Assembly (NCBI GenBank): GCA_963816145.1
Contig: CAWFJP010000004.1
Span: 32,001-96,000, forward strand
Reading direction: 5' to 3'
Length of the DNA stretch: 64,000 nt
Source of the DNA: an uncultured delta proteobacterium
GTDB taxonomy: Bacteria; Desulfobacterota; Binatia; UBA9968
Below the pieces are notes generated by a model. That model saw only the letters and a program-made list of their open reading frames with translations. It did not search any database and was not told the DNA's origin. Every line of letters starts with the position of its first letter. The stretch's first letter is position 1. Of this stretch, positions 1-11,267 are shown in pieces. Both the position numbers and the translations under genes were made by a program.

Positions 1-2
1 GC

Positions 3-962
3 ACCACCGCTTGGGCCTTCGCGAGCGCCGGCCTGTTGTTGCCCGGCGTGCCGGTGGCGCTGGCGTGGGTGCTGAGCGCGGCAGGTTGCAACTTCGTTAT
101 GCACTCGGCCGGACTGCGGGAACGCACCCAGCTGCGCCGCAGCTTCGAGAGCTACCTGGATCCGCGCATCATAAACCAGATGATGCAGGGCGATACCCTC
201 CCCAGCTTCGGCGGCGAGCATCGCGAGATCACCGCGATCTTTACCGACATCGCCGGCTTTACCACCACGGCCGAGACCATGGACGCCGCCACCGTGGCCG
301 GGCTGCTGGGCGACTATTTCGGTGTGCTGACCGAAGTGGTGGTGGAGAACGGCGGGCTGGTTAATGACTTCATCGGCGACGGCCTCCTAGTGCTGTTCGG
401 TGCGCCGATGCACCAGCCGGACCACGCTGACCGCGCCGTGGCCGCCGCCCTGGCGATGGCCGAAACGGCCCAGCGTTTCACTGCCGGGTTGGCGGCGCGC
501 GGCATCGAGTGGGGCCATACCCGCATCGGCGTGCATACCGGCACGGCGCTGGTCGGCAACATCGGCACCCGAGGGAAGCTCAAATACGGCGCTCTGGGCG
601 ATACGCTGAACACCGCCTCGCGCGTGGAGGGGTTGAACAAGTACATCGGCAGCCGTGTGGCTGTGACCGGCGAGACCGCGGCGCAGTGCCGGCGCCACGC
701 GTTTCGTCCGCTTGGGGACATAATCGTCAAGGGCCGAAAGAACGCGCTGGCCATCCTGGCGCCGGTCTCGCCGGCCGACTCGCCGGCGCTGCTGGCCCGC
801 TATGCCGAAGCCTATGCCGCGCTAAGCAAGGAAAAGCCTGAAGCCGGGGAACTTTTCGCGGCGCTGCACCGCGATTTTCCGGCCGACGCGCCCGCAGCCT
901 TCCAAGCCCGGCGATTGGCCGCAGGCGAAAGCGGCACTCTGGTGGTCATGCAGGAGAAATGA
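3..962 (+). CDS. Class III nucleotide (adenylate/guanylate) cyclase, 5' part outside window; membrane-anchored
   Basis: Motifs FTDIAGFTT, FIGDGLLVLFGAP, IGVHTG, GNIG, GDTLNTASRVEGLNK; hydrophobic helix before the catalytic domain; frame open to the window edge. Confidence 0.93.
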   Translation, partial: TTAWAFASAGLLLPGVPVALAWVLSAAGCNFVMHSAGLRERTQLRRSFESYLDPRIINQMMQGDTLPSFGGEHREITAIFTDIAGFTTTAETMDAATVAGLLGDYFGVLTEVVVENGGLVNDFIGDGLLVLFGAPMHQPDHADRAVAAALAMAETAQRFTAGLAARGIEWGHTRIGVHTGTALVGNIGTRGKLKYGALGDTLNTASRVEGLNKYIGSRVAVTGETAAQCRRHAFRPLGDIIVKGRKNALAILAPVSPADSPALLARYAEAYAALSKEKPEAGELFAALHRDFPADAPAAFQARRLAAGESGTLVVMQEK

Positions 963-1345
963 TCGGGTGATTTCTTTTTTACGCCCGGCTCAGGGAGAAA
1001 GCATCGTTCAAGTCACCGTCGTTTCCTGGCAATCGTCACCCCTGGTGTACTTGGGCCGTTGCCTGTCACGGCGAGCTCGCCGCGATGGACTCATTTGGAT
1101 CACGGCTAGTCGTTTCTAGCCTCTCATTGTAGAGTTGTCATCCTCCCACCCTGACATATTTTCGTTGCTGTTGGATCCTGTCAGATTCACCTTGCTACTG
1201 CATAGGCAAATAATGCCGGTTGATCGTGGTGACTATCAGGTGGTAGGATCGCGCTCGCTTCCAACTAATGAAGGCAGAAACCATGCGGCAAAAAAACACC
1301 GAGGTAGAAAGTCACCATAGTGTTAATTCGGCCTACACAGTTCGC

Positions 1346-3668
1346 ATGAAAAGGCCGGCGCTGGCATTCGCCGCAATCTTAACTTGCACAGGAATTTCCC
1401 TATCGTGGGTTCATGAGACCTTGAGCGCTAGTCTGTCCGCTACGGCAAATTTGTCGGCCGAGCAACGTATGGAACAGGGTGCGAACTCGTTCCAGCGCGG
1501 CGACTTCGAGCAGGCGATTTTGAGTTGGACGGAAGCTAAGCGATTGTACGAAGCAGAGCAGAGGCTCAGCCTGCTGAGCCGCGCGCTCACTCAGATCGCG
1601 CAAGCCTATCAGGCTCTTGGCCAATATAGCGACGCGTTGAAAAATCTTGAGCTGGCGTTAACCGCAGCAAAAAGTTCCGGCGATCGCACGCAGATCGCAG
1701 ATGTTCTCGGCCGTATCGGCAACGTTTACATTGCCATCGGACCCGCCGAAAGCGCGCAAAAGTTTCTCAACCAAGGGTTGGACGCTGCCAAGGAGCTGAA
1801 CAACCAGGAGCTTGCGGCAATTATCCTCAATAATCTCGGCAACCTGTTAACCGCGCAAAAAAAATATCCCGAAGCCCTCGCCGCCTATACTGAGAGCGCG
1901 GCGCTGGCCAAAGCGCGCAATAACGCGTCGCTGCTTACAAGTGCGACGATCAATGCAGCCACGGCGTCGATACAGAATAGGCAATTTAAAGAAGCCAAAG
2001 CCTTGCTCGACGGCGCCTCGCAGCAGATTCGCGCCATGGAGGCGACATCGGACAAGGTCACCGGCTTGATCAGTATTGGGTTGGGTTATCTGAGTCTCCG
2101 TTCGAGTACGCCCGATTCGAAAGACGCCTTTATCGTGCTGGCGCACGGCATGTTCAGTGAAGCGGGCGCCATGGCGGAAAGCATCGGAGACCATCGCGCC
2201 GCGTCCTATGCCTGGGGGCATCTCGGCAAATTGTACGAAGAGGAAAACCGATATGCGGAGGCTTTGCAGTTGACGCGCAGGGCCATCCATGCGGCGCAGC
2301 AAGTAAACTCGGCCGATTCGCTTTATCTCTGGGAATGGCAAGCCGGGCGTTTGCTGACGAAAACGGGAACCATTGACGATGCCATCGGCGCGTACCGGCG
2401 CGCCGTGCGGACACTTCAGTCGATCCGATCCGAACTCTCGGTCAGCTATGGCGCTCCACAGACGTCATTCCGTGAGACCATCGGGCCGCTATACTTTGAG
2501 TTAGTGGATCTTCTCTTACAACGTGCCGCGTCGTTGCCAGATCGCCAGCAAGCCGGCGCCTACCTGATTGAGGCGCGCGAATCCGTCGAATTGTTCAAAA
2601 CCGCCGAATTGCGGGATTACTTCCGCGACGATTGCGTGGACAATGCGTTGGCGAAAATCACCGAGCTCGACGCGATAGCCAAATCGGCCGTCGTCATCTA
2701 TCCGATTCTCCTGCCGGACCGAACCGAGTTGCTCGTCAGTCTACCTACCGGCCTCAAGCGAATTTTGGTTCCCGTAGGAGCGGAGACGCTGACCAAAGAG
2801 GTGCGGGAATTTCGCCATAAACTGGAGAAGCGAACCACCCGGGAATACCTGCCTCACGCGCAGAAGCTCTATGATTGGCTGATCCGGCCGCTGGAGGCGG
2901 ACTTAAGTTCTTTGCCAATCGACACCCTGGTATTCGTGCCGGACGGAGCGCTGCGAACGATTCCGATGGCGGCACTTGCACGACGGGAAGCAATTTCTGA
3001 TCGCCAAATATGGTGTGGGGATAACTCCCAGTCTAAGCCTCAGTGACCCGCGGCCGATCAAACGGGAAAACATGAAAGTACTGGCCGTTGGCGTGACCGA
3101 AGCGGTGCAAGGTTTTCCCGCGTTGCCGAATGTCTCCGTGGAGCTTAAAGAGATGCAAACTCTTTTGGGAAGCGAGACACTTGTCGACCGTGAGTTTCTT
3201 GCGGCCAATTTGGAAAAGAAGTTGAAAGAAGAACAATTCAGCATCGTCCACGTCGCCTCGCATGGCGAGTTCGGCAACGATGTCGATAACACGTTCCTCC
3301 TCACTTACGATGCCAAGGTGTCGTTGGACCGCCTCAATCAGATGATCGGGGTTTTCCGATTCCGTGATGATCCCTTGGAGTTACTCACTCTGAGCGCCTG
3401 CGACACCGCCGCCGGTGATGATCGAGCGGCATTGGGACTGGCCGGCATGGCGATCAAGGCCGGCGCCCGCAGCGCCCTCGCCACCTTGTGGAATATTAAC
3501 GATCAAGCCACGGTGGATCTGGTCATGGATTTTTACCGTGAGATCAAGGATCCCGGCATCTCTAGGGCTGTCGCGCTGCAGCGCGCTCAGATGAAGTTAA
3601 TCAACAATCCACGTTTTGAACACCCGGGCTTTTGGTCTGCCTTCCTAATGATCAATAACTGGCTCTGA
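1346..3668 (+). CDS. Exported TPR + CHAT (caspase-like clan CD) protease, split by a one-base frameshift at ~2977
   Basis: ORF 1268..3046 has a signal-like N-terminus (MKRPALAFAAILTC), TPR repeats and LVFVPDGALRTIPMAAL; ORF 2976..3668 continues HDG..HVASHG..LSACDT..WSAF (His/Cys dyad). Removing one base in GCACTTGCAC restores MAALHDG. Confidence 0.88.
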
Positions 3669-3737
3669 CGCGAATCGTCTTTGTCAGCTGGAACTCTTAT
3701 TCACGTCCATGCTGCGATAACCGCGGTCAGCGGCAAA

Positions 3738-4421
3738 TCACTCAGCAATTGCCGGCACGCCCACTTGACTGAGTAAAGCGGCGCGTTGCTTGCGGAGCTC
3801 CTGATTCTCGGGCGCGGCGTCAATCTGATCGGAGATCGCCTTCAACGCATCGTACCATAGACCGGCTTCGGCATAGACAAAGTAGGCTCGGTCCTTCCCT
3901 GCGTCGGTCAGTTTACTTTGCAGCTCGCTTGGCGCCTCAACTCTCTCAATGGCGCCACCGGCGAGAATATCTTTAGAGCGACGGTCGGTGTCAGGGACCA
4001 CTGCGACGAACCATCGATACGCCTTGCCAGGTGCCAGACGAACATTATGATCGGCTAAGCGGAACCGGTGCACGCCCGCTTTAACCGGCGCGGGCAGGCG
4101 GGTTTCCAAGATCGGCTCCACACCTTGTGGATCCATGATCGTCACTTCGACGGGTAAGGCTGTCTCGGTCGAAATATACCAATACAGCGAAGGCTGCTCG
4201 CTGGTGGTGAATCCGCTGTGATCCGGTGCCAAGACGGATAGTATGAACACATCGCGTTGAGTACCACCACGCACACCGCCGCCCACCCGGCCACCAGGAG
4301 CTCCCCGTTTCGGCAGTGTATAGACCGGCCCCCCCGCATCGGCGGCGAGAACCGGTAACGGCGCGCTGATGACGAGCGCCAACGAAAAAGTACTAACTAG
4401 CCTCTTGTTCATGTACCGCAT
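3738..4421 (-). CDS. DUF928 family secreted protein
   Basis: Signal peptide, RGAPGGRVGGGVRG, LAPDH-G-T...QPSLYWY, YRW, YAEAGLWYDAL, LLSQVG; SD AGGAGG 7 nt before ATG 4421. Confidence 0.85.
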   Translation of the reverse strand: MRYMNKRLVSTFSLALVISAPLPVLAADAGGPVYTLPKRGAPGGRVGGGVRGGTQRDVFILSVLAPDHSGFTTSEQPSLYWYISTETALPVEVTIMDPQGVEPILETRLPAPVKAGVHRFRLADHNVRLAPGKAYRWFVAVVPDTDRRSKDILAGGAIERVEAPSELQSKLTDAGKDRAYFVYAEAGLWYDALKAISDQIDAAPENQELRKQRAALLSQVGVPAIAE

Positions 4422-4453
4422 GCTCTTTCCTCCTTCGACTGACACTTAATAAA

Positions 4454-4470
4454 CGCAACCGTTGTGCCAG
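4454..4470 (-). promoter_or_regulatory. sigma54 (-24/-12) promoter for the DUF928 gene
   Basis: Minus strand reads CTGGCACAACGGTTGCG (GG-N10-GC, TGGCAC-N5-TTGC), about 30 nt upstream of the start codon. Confidence 0.7.
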
Positions 4471-4535
4471 CCACTACGGATCACGATAGATATTGCCTAG
4501 CACAGAACGCAGCTGGAAGAATTTTAACTGAAAGA

Positions 4536-4556
4536 CCCTCGGCTTTAAGCCGAGGG
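4536..4556. repeat. Palindromic hairpin CCCTCGGCTT-T-AAGCCGAGGG (resembles IS200/IS605-type end hairpins)
   Basis: Perfect 10-bp inverted repeat read directly; family resemblance is inference. Confidence 0.5.
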
Positions 4557-4595
4557 CTTCTGAATTCGTCGACTAGAAGTCGACTCCTCCGTGTC

Positions 4596-4679
4596 GTCAT
4601 TCCGGCGTAGGCCGGAATCCAGGTTTTGTTTTGCCTTGCAGCACGCGCGAAGATGGATGCCGGCCTTCGCCGGCATGAC
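4596..4679. repeat. REP-like inverted doublet (GTCATTCCGGCG-AGGCCGGAATCCA family)
   Basis: Arm 4596-4621 and the reverse complement of arm 4654-4679 are near-identical, each internally palindromic. Confidence 0.8.
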
Positions 4680-4766
4680 AAACCTTCTCTTCGCCCGAAG
4701 GCAAGGGATTTCAACCATCCCCGAGAGAGACATTAATATTCCACGATTTCATCCGTCCGTCCCACC

Positions 4767-6485
4767 TCAGAAGAATCCCAGAATAAATTGCATGTGAATG
4801 CCATGGTCTTGAAGCACTTTGTGTTTCGGCGATTCGACATTTTTCAACCGATGGCCCCAATAAAATTCGAACTGGGGGCGAATTGGCATCGGCCGTAACA
4901 GCGTGAGCGCCCAGCGTAGTCCTAACCCCACACTGTACAGTTTTTTCGGGTCAGGAGTTGGCGTGTTCTTGTTCCAGCCCTTGCCGAAATCAACGAAATG
5001 GGCCAGCTCTAGATAATCCGCCCAAAAGGTCTCTTTGACTACTGGCAGGCGCGCCTCTAGAGAAGTCAAGATCGCCTGGTCCCTCAAAAGAGTATTCTCT
5101 CGGTAGCCCCTCACGCTGTAGCGGCCACCAACAGAAATCTGCTCGAGGGACAAAAGCGGCGCACTGGAGAATTGGAAATCCGACCTAAAGATCAGATAAC
5201 TGTCCAGCAATCCGAGGCGTTTGACCCATTGAAATTGGCCGATCCAGGCGAAGAATTCACCGTCCGGCACTCCGTGTTTATTGGTCGTCGCACCCCACGC
5301 ATCCAGGCCGAAAGACAATCTCGATCGCGCAGCGATCACTTGGCTTTGCGTGCGATAGACAAACTCCTGAGCTGTTCGCAGTGCGGTAACGACAGTCTTG
5401 CCGTTTTGGGCGCCGGGCTCGAGGGAGAACGGCTCGCCCAGCAGAGTGGTCTTTAACGAGAGGCGCTCGCCAGTCAACTCGAGGGCGACCTCACTATTGA
5501 GTGTGCGATACACCGGCTGTCGCAATGTAAGCGTGTAAATGTTCGATTTGCTGTTGATGTCGAGGTCTTGGAAGGGTTGCTCGATCACGTTCAAGGTGTT
5601 TTTGCGATACTCGTAACTCAGAGTCGTGTCATGGGCGGTAAACGGGAACGAATATTTGATGTCGAGGAGCGGATCGAGACCTATCCCTCTGCCATATTGC
5701 GCCATCGCCACATCGCCGTTGCCGGTCAGGTTTTCGTGCAAAAGAGTGACGAGGCCGCGGTTCTCGCCGACGGCAGGTGACTCATAGTTGTCGTACTCCA
5801 AAAGCAGCTTGTAGGGTGTTCGCTCCTCGACCCGCACATCCAAAATCCCCTCGCCGCGCTTTACTCCCGGCTTGAGTTCCGCGTTCAGCCGTTGAAAACG
5901 GGAATCCTCGAGCAAAAGCTGCAACCGTGTTTGGAGGTCATTAATGTTGAGCGGAGGACCGGCATCGAGAAGGAAGCGTTTTTCTAGGTAGCTGGAACGA
6001 AACCAGCGGTTGCCCCGCACTTCGACACCCGTCAATGAACCCTCGATCACCTGATAGATAACCGTGCCTTCGGTCAACGTCTGATCCGGCAGGATCACCC
6101 CCGAATTGACATAGCCGTTATTGACATAGTGCAGCGTCAAAGCAATCCGCAGCGCCTCTAAATCCTCCGAGTTAACTTCTCGGTTCACGTAAGGGGCGGT
6201 GATTTTAGCCAGTTCTTCAGCGGAAAAAACCGTGCTGCCGGTTATGCGGATGTCGCGGATAAAGACGCGCAATGCCGGAAACGGCTCGCCTTTCGGCGTC
6301 AGGGGCACGGGAGGTAACAGCGTTCCCGGGGAAGGAATTGCCGGTTTGAAGTCCTGCGGTAGTTGCGGCGGTTCGCTGGACCGGCCAGTTGGATCGACGG
6401 CCGCCGCCTGTGCGCTGGGAGCAGCGAACAGCAGAACAATCAGAATTAGGGCGGAGACGACAGACCCCAACATGCTAACTCCCAT
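4767..6485 (-). CDS. ShlB/FhaC/HecB family two-partner secretion outer-membrane transporter (TpsB)
   Basis: Signal peptide, POTRA-like YVNNGYVNSG...VIEG, loop-6 motif GGRYSVRGY, C-terminal Phe; downstream of the TpsA gene. Confidence 0.92.
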   Translation of the reverse strand: MGVSMLGSVVSALILIVLLFAAPSAQAAAVDPTGRSSEPPQLPQDFKPAIPSPGTLLPPVPLTPKGEPFPALRVFIRDIRITGSTVFSAEELAKITAPYVNREVNSEDLEALRIALTLHYVNNGYVNSGVILPDQTLTEGTVIYQVIEGSLTGVEVRGNRWFRSSYLEKRFLLDAGPPLNINDLQTRLQLLLEDSRFQRLNAELKPGVKRGEGILDVRVEERTPYKLLLEYDNYESPAVGENRGLVTLLHENLTGNGDVAMAQYGRGIGLDPLLDIKYSFPFTAHDTTLSYEYRKNTLNVIEQPFQDLDINSKSNIYTLTLRQPVYRTLNSEVALELTGERLSLKTTLLGEPFSLEPGAQNGKTVVTALRTAQEFVYRTQSQVIAARSRLSFGLDAWGATTNKHGVPDGEFFAWIGQFQWVKRLGLLDSYLIFRSDFQFSSAPLLSLEQISVGGRYSVRGYRENTLLRDQAILTSLEARLPVVKETFWADYLELAHFVDFGKGWNKNTPTPDPKKLYSVGLGLRWALTLLRPMPIRPQFEFYWGHRLKNVESPKHKVLQDHGIHMQFILGFF

Positions 6486-6683
6486 GCGGAACGATCGCGA
6501 TAATAATCATGTTCGGTGCCGCTCACAAGCAACAGTCGCTATCCACGAAGCACCTGGCGTGGCAGAGCCGCAACCGAAAACTGGATTATCCCCCGCCAAG
6601 GCGCCAATGAAGTCGGATCAGCGGAAGTGAATTCGTTTGAGAACACTAATTTTTTCTTCCGAACTTGACGCCTTTGCGCCTTC

Positions 6684-6813
6684 AGACTGTGTCGCAACTG
6701 TCATTTCGAGGTGAAGCCGAGAAATCTCTTCTTCGTATGTGGCTGAAAACACGAGATCCCTCGCTGCGCTCGGGATGACAGATGTGGGGCATTTGCTCAT
6801 TACGACACAGCCT
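6684..6813. mobile_element. MITE-like 130-bp element with terminal inverted repeats enclosing a REP doublet
   Basis: AGACTGTGTCGCAA (6684-6697) vs TTACGACACAGCCT (6800-6813), 12/14 inverted; internal inverted arms TGTCATTTCGAG..GAGAAATCT (6699-6727) and AGATCCCTCGCTGCGCTCGGGATGACA (6754-6780). Confidence 0.6.
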
Positions 6814-6905
6814 CCTTGGCGGGAGAAATTTCCGAATCCAAAGGTCTTCAACTTCCGGATCATTTGCGCAAGCCGCGCATAGTGTTTCTCAGTGAGCACG
6901 AAGCT

Positions 6906-6933
6906 GTAAGGGCAAGGCGCGCCTTGCCCCTAC
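6906..6933. repeat. GTAG-type REP palindrome
   Basis: GTAAGGGCAAGGCG/CGCCTTGCCCCTAC near-perfect inverted repeat; minus strand begins GTAG. Confidence 0.6.
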
Positions 6934-6996
6934 GGTCACCCCTACATGTCCTTTTCGGTAGTCTAGCCGGATCAGGCCACCAACCGAGACACGGCA

Positions 6997-9900
6997 CTAG
7001 GAGCACCGAGAATTCGCCAATAGGCTGTATCGATTCAAACTCGATCCTTGATTCGCCGGCTGCAAAAGCGAGAAGCGCGGCCAGTCATAGCCGGTTATCG
7101 ATGCCGGCGCGCCGGCTTTATCGGCAAAATACAGCGGGCTTGGCAACAGTCCTCCCGGTTGCAGTGGCAGGCCATCGCGGCCACCGAGCACCAAGCTGCT
7201 GGCTTTTCCTCCAGCGAATCTTGCCGCACATGACGCGCGCAGAAGTTCCGTGGCTTGCAGTGGCGTCTCCGGCAATTGGACGACACTGCCGCTGACATCC
7301 GTGAACGTCGCCTGAATATCGATCGTTCCGGAGGTGCTCAGAGCCGACGAGGCGCTGACGATGGTATCGGAAGGAAGAAAAACATTGGCGAAGATGTTGA
7401 TGTTACCGCCCGGTCCTCCGAAGGCATCGGCGCGGATCTGACTATCGTTCAAAATAATAAAATCAAACGGCTGAGCCGCGGAGCCAATCGTGATGTTGCC
7501 TCCTGAACCGATGCCGCTTGCCACGCTGGTGGTGATTTGGCTGTCGGTCAGAAAAATCATTGATCCTGTGGTGGTGATAGAGATATTGCCGCCATCCGCC
7601 AGCGTGGCCTCCGTCGTGATGCTACCGCTCTGCATGGCGAGATCGCTGGTTACGATATTGATATTTCCGGCCGTGGCCGACGCGCTACCGGTGCTGTTCG
7701 CCGACATCGTCGCTCCGTCAAGGATTTGAACCTGCGGCGCTTGAACATTGATATCGCCCCCGGCCCCTGTGTTTGACGCCGTGCTGAACAGCCCAGTTCC
7801 TTGACCGGAGATCGAGGCCGAGTTGGCCGCTACGATAACTATATCTCCTCCCGACCCACTGCCGCTTGTGCTGCTATCAACCCTAGAGCCACCCGTTTGC
7901 GTAAAGTTGGTCACGTTCAGCGAGATATTGCCGGCATTACCCGCTCCCTCGGTCGCCACCGAGATCGTGCCGCCATCGCCCATCGTCAATGTCGGTGTAG
8001 TGACGGTGATCTCCCCGGCGTTCCCGGTGTTCGACGCCGTGCTGAACAGCCCGCCGCCACTGCCGGAGATCGACATGGCATCGGCCGCCGTGACTGTCAC
8101 ACTGCCACCTTGACCGGCACCGTCGGTATTGCTCACTACCTGAGCCCCGCCGGTTAAACTCAATTTGTTTGCCATCAGCCTAACGCTTCCCGCGTCACCT
8201 GATCCCGATGTCGCCACCGAAATCTTTGCTCCATCGGCCATCGTCAACGTCGGCACAGCCGTCAAGCCTGGCGCAGAAACGGTAATCTGTCCCGCATTCC
8301 CCGTGCTCGATGCCGTGCTCAACAAACCACTGCCGGCACCCGAAATGGAAACCAGTTCGCTCGCCGTCACTGCAAGCGTCCCGCCGGCGCCACCGCCCGT
8401 CGTGCTACTCGCAATCTGCGACCCGCTGCCAAGAGTCAAGTTACTCACGCTGAGAGAGATATTGCCGGCATTACCCGCTCCCTCGGTCGCCACCGAGATC
8501 GTGCCGCCATCGCCCATCGTCAACGTCGGTGTAGTGACGGTGATCTCCCCGGCGTTCCCGGTGTTCGACGCCGTGCTGAACAGCCCGCCGCCATTGCCGG
8601 AGATCGACATGGCATCGGCCGCCGTGACTGTCACACTGCCACCTTGACCGGCACCGTCGGTATTGCTCACTACCTGAGCCCCGCCGGTTAAACTCAATTT
8701 GTTTGCCATCAGCCTAACGCTTCCCGCGTCACCTGATCCCGATGTCGCCACCGAAATCTTTGCTCCATCGGCCATCGTCAACGTCGGCACAGCCGTCAAG
8801 CCTGGCGCAGAAACGGTAATCTGTCCCGCATTCCCCGTGCTCGATGCCGTGCTCAACAAACCGCTGCCGGCACCCGAAATGGAAACCAGTTCGCTCGCCG
8901 TCACTGCAAGCGTCCCGCCGGCGCCACCGCCCGTCGTGCTACTCGCAATCTGCGACCCGCTGCCAAGAGTCAAGTTACTCACGCTGAGAGAGATATTGCC
9001 GGCATTACCCGCTCCCTCGGTCGCCACCGAGATCGTGCCGCCATCGCCCATCGTCAATGTCGGTGTAGTGACGGTGATCTCCCCGGCGTTCCCGGTGTTC
9101 GACGCCGTGCTGAACAGCCCGCCGCCATGCCGGAGATCGACATCGATCCGCTCGCCGTGACTGTCACACTGCCACCTTGACCGGCACCACTTGTGCTGCT
9201 CTCGATCCGTGCGCCTCCCGTCTGCGTGAGGTTACCAATATTCAGCAATACGTTGCCGGCGTTGCCCTCACCTAACGTGGCAACCGTGATGGTGCCGTTG
9301 TCCATGTGAAGCGTGTCGCCGACGATGTTAATGTTGCCCGCATTCCCGGGAGTCCCGCCCAGGATAGCTGATGTTCCGGTGCTTGCGGCGGAGACGATGG
9401 CGCCGCCGCTGATCTGGAGCGAACCGGTGTCGAGGCTGATGTTGCCGCCGGCGCCGGAAGTCGCGGTGGTGCTGAAGATGCCGCTGCTCGGACTGCCGGT
9501 GAACGTAATACTCCCTACGCCGTCGGCCGGGCCCACTCCGTCGATCATCACCGAGCCCGGCGCGTTGATCGTGATGTTGCCGCCGGCGCCGGGCGCCACG
9601 ATTTGACTGCTGCTCGCGATCTGCGCTCCGTTCATCAGGCTTACCGTGTTGGCGTTCACCAGAATTGGGCCGGCGTTCCCCGCGCCCAGCGTGCTCGTGT
9701 TGATATATCCCGCGTCCATAGACAGGCTTTTTGCGGCGAACTCCATGGCGCCAGCGTTTTGCGAGAAGGCTTGACTCTCGATGCCGGCAAGGCCGGAGAT
9801 CGTGATGGAGTCCGTCGCCGTGATCCGCATGCTTTTCCCTGGCTCCGCGCCTGAACCGCCGCTGCGAATCTTCGCCTGGTCGCCGAGAAACACGTTGCCG

Positions 9901-11194
9901 GCGCTAAGCGCGATATTCCCGGCGAAGGGGAGTTCTCCGGTCAGCGGATCGGGGAAGATGGCGAACGTTCCAGTCGAAATCACGCCGTTGGGTCCAGAAA
10001 TCGTCACGGTGTTGGCGGCGTTGATGGTGATGTCGCTGCCGCTGGCGTTTGAACTCGTCCGGATCGTACCGTTGAGGATGTCGGCACTGCCAACGTTGAT
10101 ATCGATGTTCCCGGTGCGACCGGCGCCGATTGCCAGAGACTCGATAGCGGAAAAATCCGTCACCGTCAGATTCCCCGTCGCGATCGAGATGCCGCTGGCG
10201 TCGCCTGCTCCTAACGACTCCGTCCGGATCGTTGCGCCATTGCCAAGAACGATCGAGTCGGTTGCGCGCAGGTCGATGCCCACCGGGGCGCCGGCCGCGT
10301 CGACCGTGTCGGTCAAGAGCACCGCGCCGCTGTCCAAGATTAGTTTGCCGCTCCGGATAACTACAGTGCCGCCCCCTAGAAGCGGATCGAAGGTCGGGGC
10401 GAAGGTGGTGCCGGCGGTAATTCCCCCGCCCGAAATGCTCACCTGCCCGAGGCTGGCAAATGATCCGAGATTCAAGTCTTGGGCGTTCAAGAGCGCATTG
10501 CCCGGGGAGGCGACGCTGCCAATTTGCACGAGGCCGCCCGGTGCGATTAGGACCCCGCCATCGATTTGTACATCGCCGCCGACCAGTGCAAGCGTCTGAC
10601 CGGGATCGACCGCAAGCACAGCCCCTTGAACAGATATTGGAGCGGGAGCACTGCTAAGAAAGCCAAAGGCCTGCGGCGGCGCCGACGTGAGCTGGCTGAG
10701 TTCCCCGGCCACCGGTGTAGCGGAAAAGATGGCACCGTCCGCAAGCCTGATGTTGTCGGCCGTGCTCACGCGAAAGGCGCCGCCAACGTCGAGGCTGGCC
10801 CCCGACGTGAACAGCACCCCGCTCGGGTTGAGAAGGAAGAAGTTAGCGTTCGGCATCGCCGCCCGGGTGCTGATCAGGCCGTCGATTATGGACTGTTGTC
10901 CGCCCGTTACTCGGCTCAAGATATTGGCGATTGAGCTTGGCCCGAGAAAGGTCGCGCTCCCGCCCGTCGGCACATTGAACAGACCGAAGCTGTGGAAAAG
11001 ATTGTTCCCTCTGATTGTCCCCCGTCGATGCTGTAGGCATCGACGAAGCGGCCCACCACGGTTCCCAGCGTTCCGTCAGCCGTGATCGCCGGTGCCTGGG
11101 CGACGCTTGCAGTTGGCCACAGCAGCAGCACGATGAGCGCTGCAGCAGCCTTGAGACACGCGCCTCGCTCACCCGCTAGGCGGTGCGACACCAT
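6997..11194 (-). CDS. Filamentous haemagglutinin-like TpsA exoprotein (~1400 aa), frameshifted at ~11020 and ~9128
   Basis: SD AGGAGG + ATG 11194, signal peptide, ITADGTLG; TPS domain NLFHSF..NILSRVTGG..NFFLLNPSG; GNAGNI/GAGG beta-helix repeats; C-terminal SCAAR..GGRDGLP. The three ORF pieces join by single-base indels. Confidence 0.85.
7922..9188. repeat. Near-identical 534-bp tandem repeat (about 2.4 copies, 178 aa unit) inside TpsA
   Basis: GAGATATTGCCGGCATTACC starts at 7922, 8456 and 8990; only a few substitutions visible between copies. Confidence 0.95.
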
Positions 11195-11267
11195 ACATTT
11201 CCTCCTATCCAGCGCATGGGCCGTCGCGGCCGTCCGAGACCGATAGCAGTCTCGCCCGAGGGTCATC

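Noticed and set aside
6495-6515. Fur-box-like GATAATAATCAT upstream of tpsB
   Set aside because: Only about 12/19 match to the consensus; not enough support.
7922-9188. Long repeats as a possible CRISPR array or IS
   Set aside because: In-frame 534-bp coding repeats without spacers; no cas or transposase genes. No CRISPR array seen anywhere in the window.
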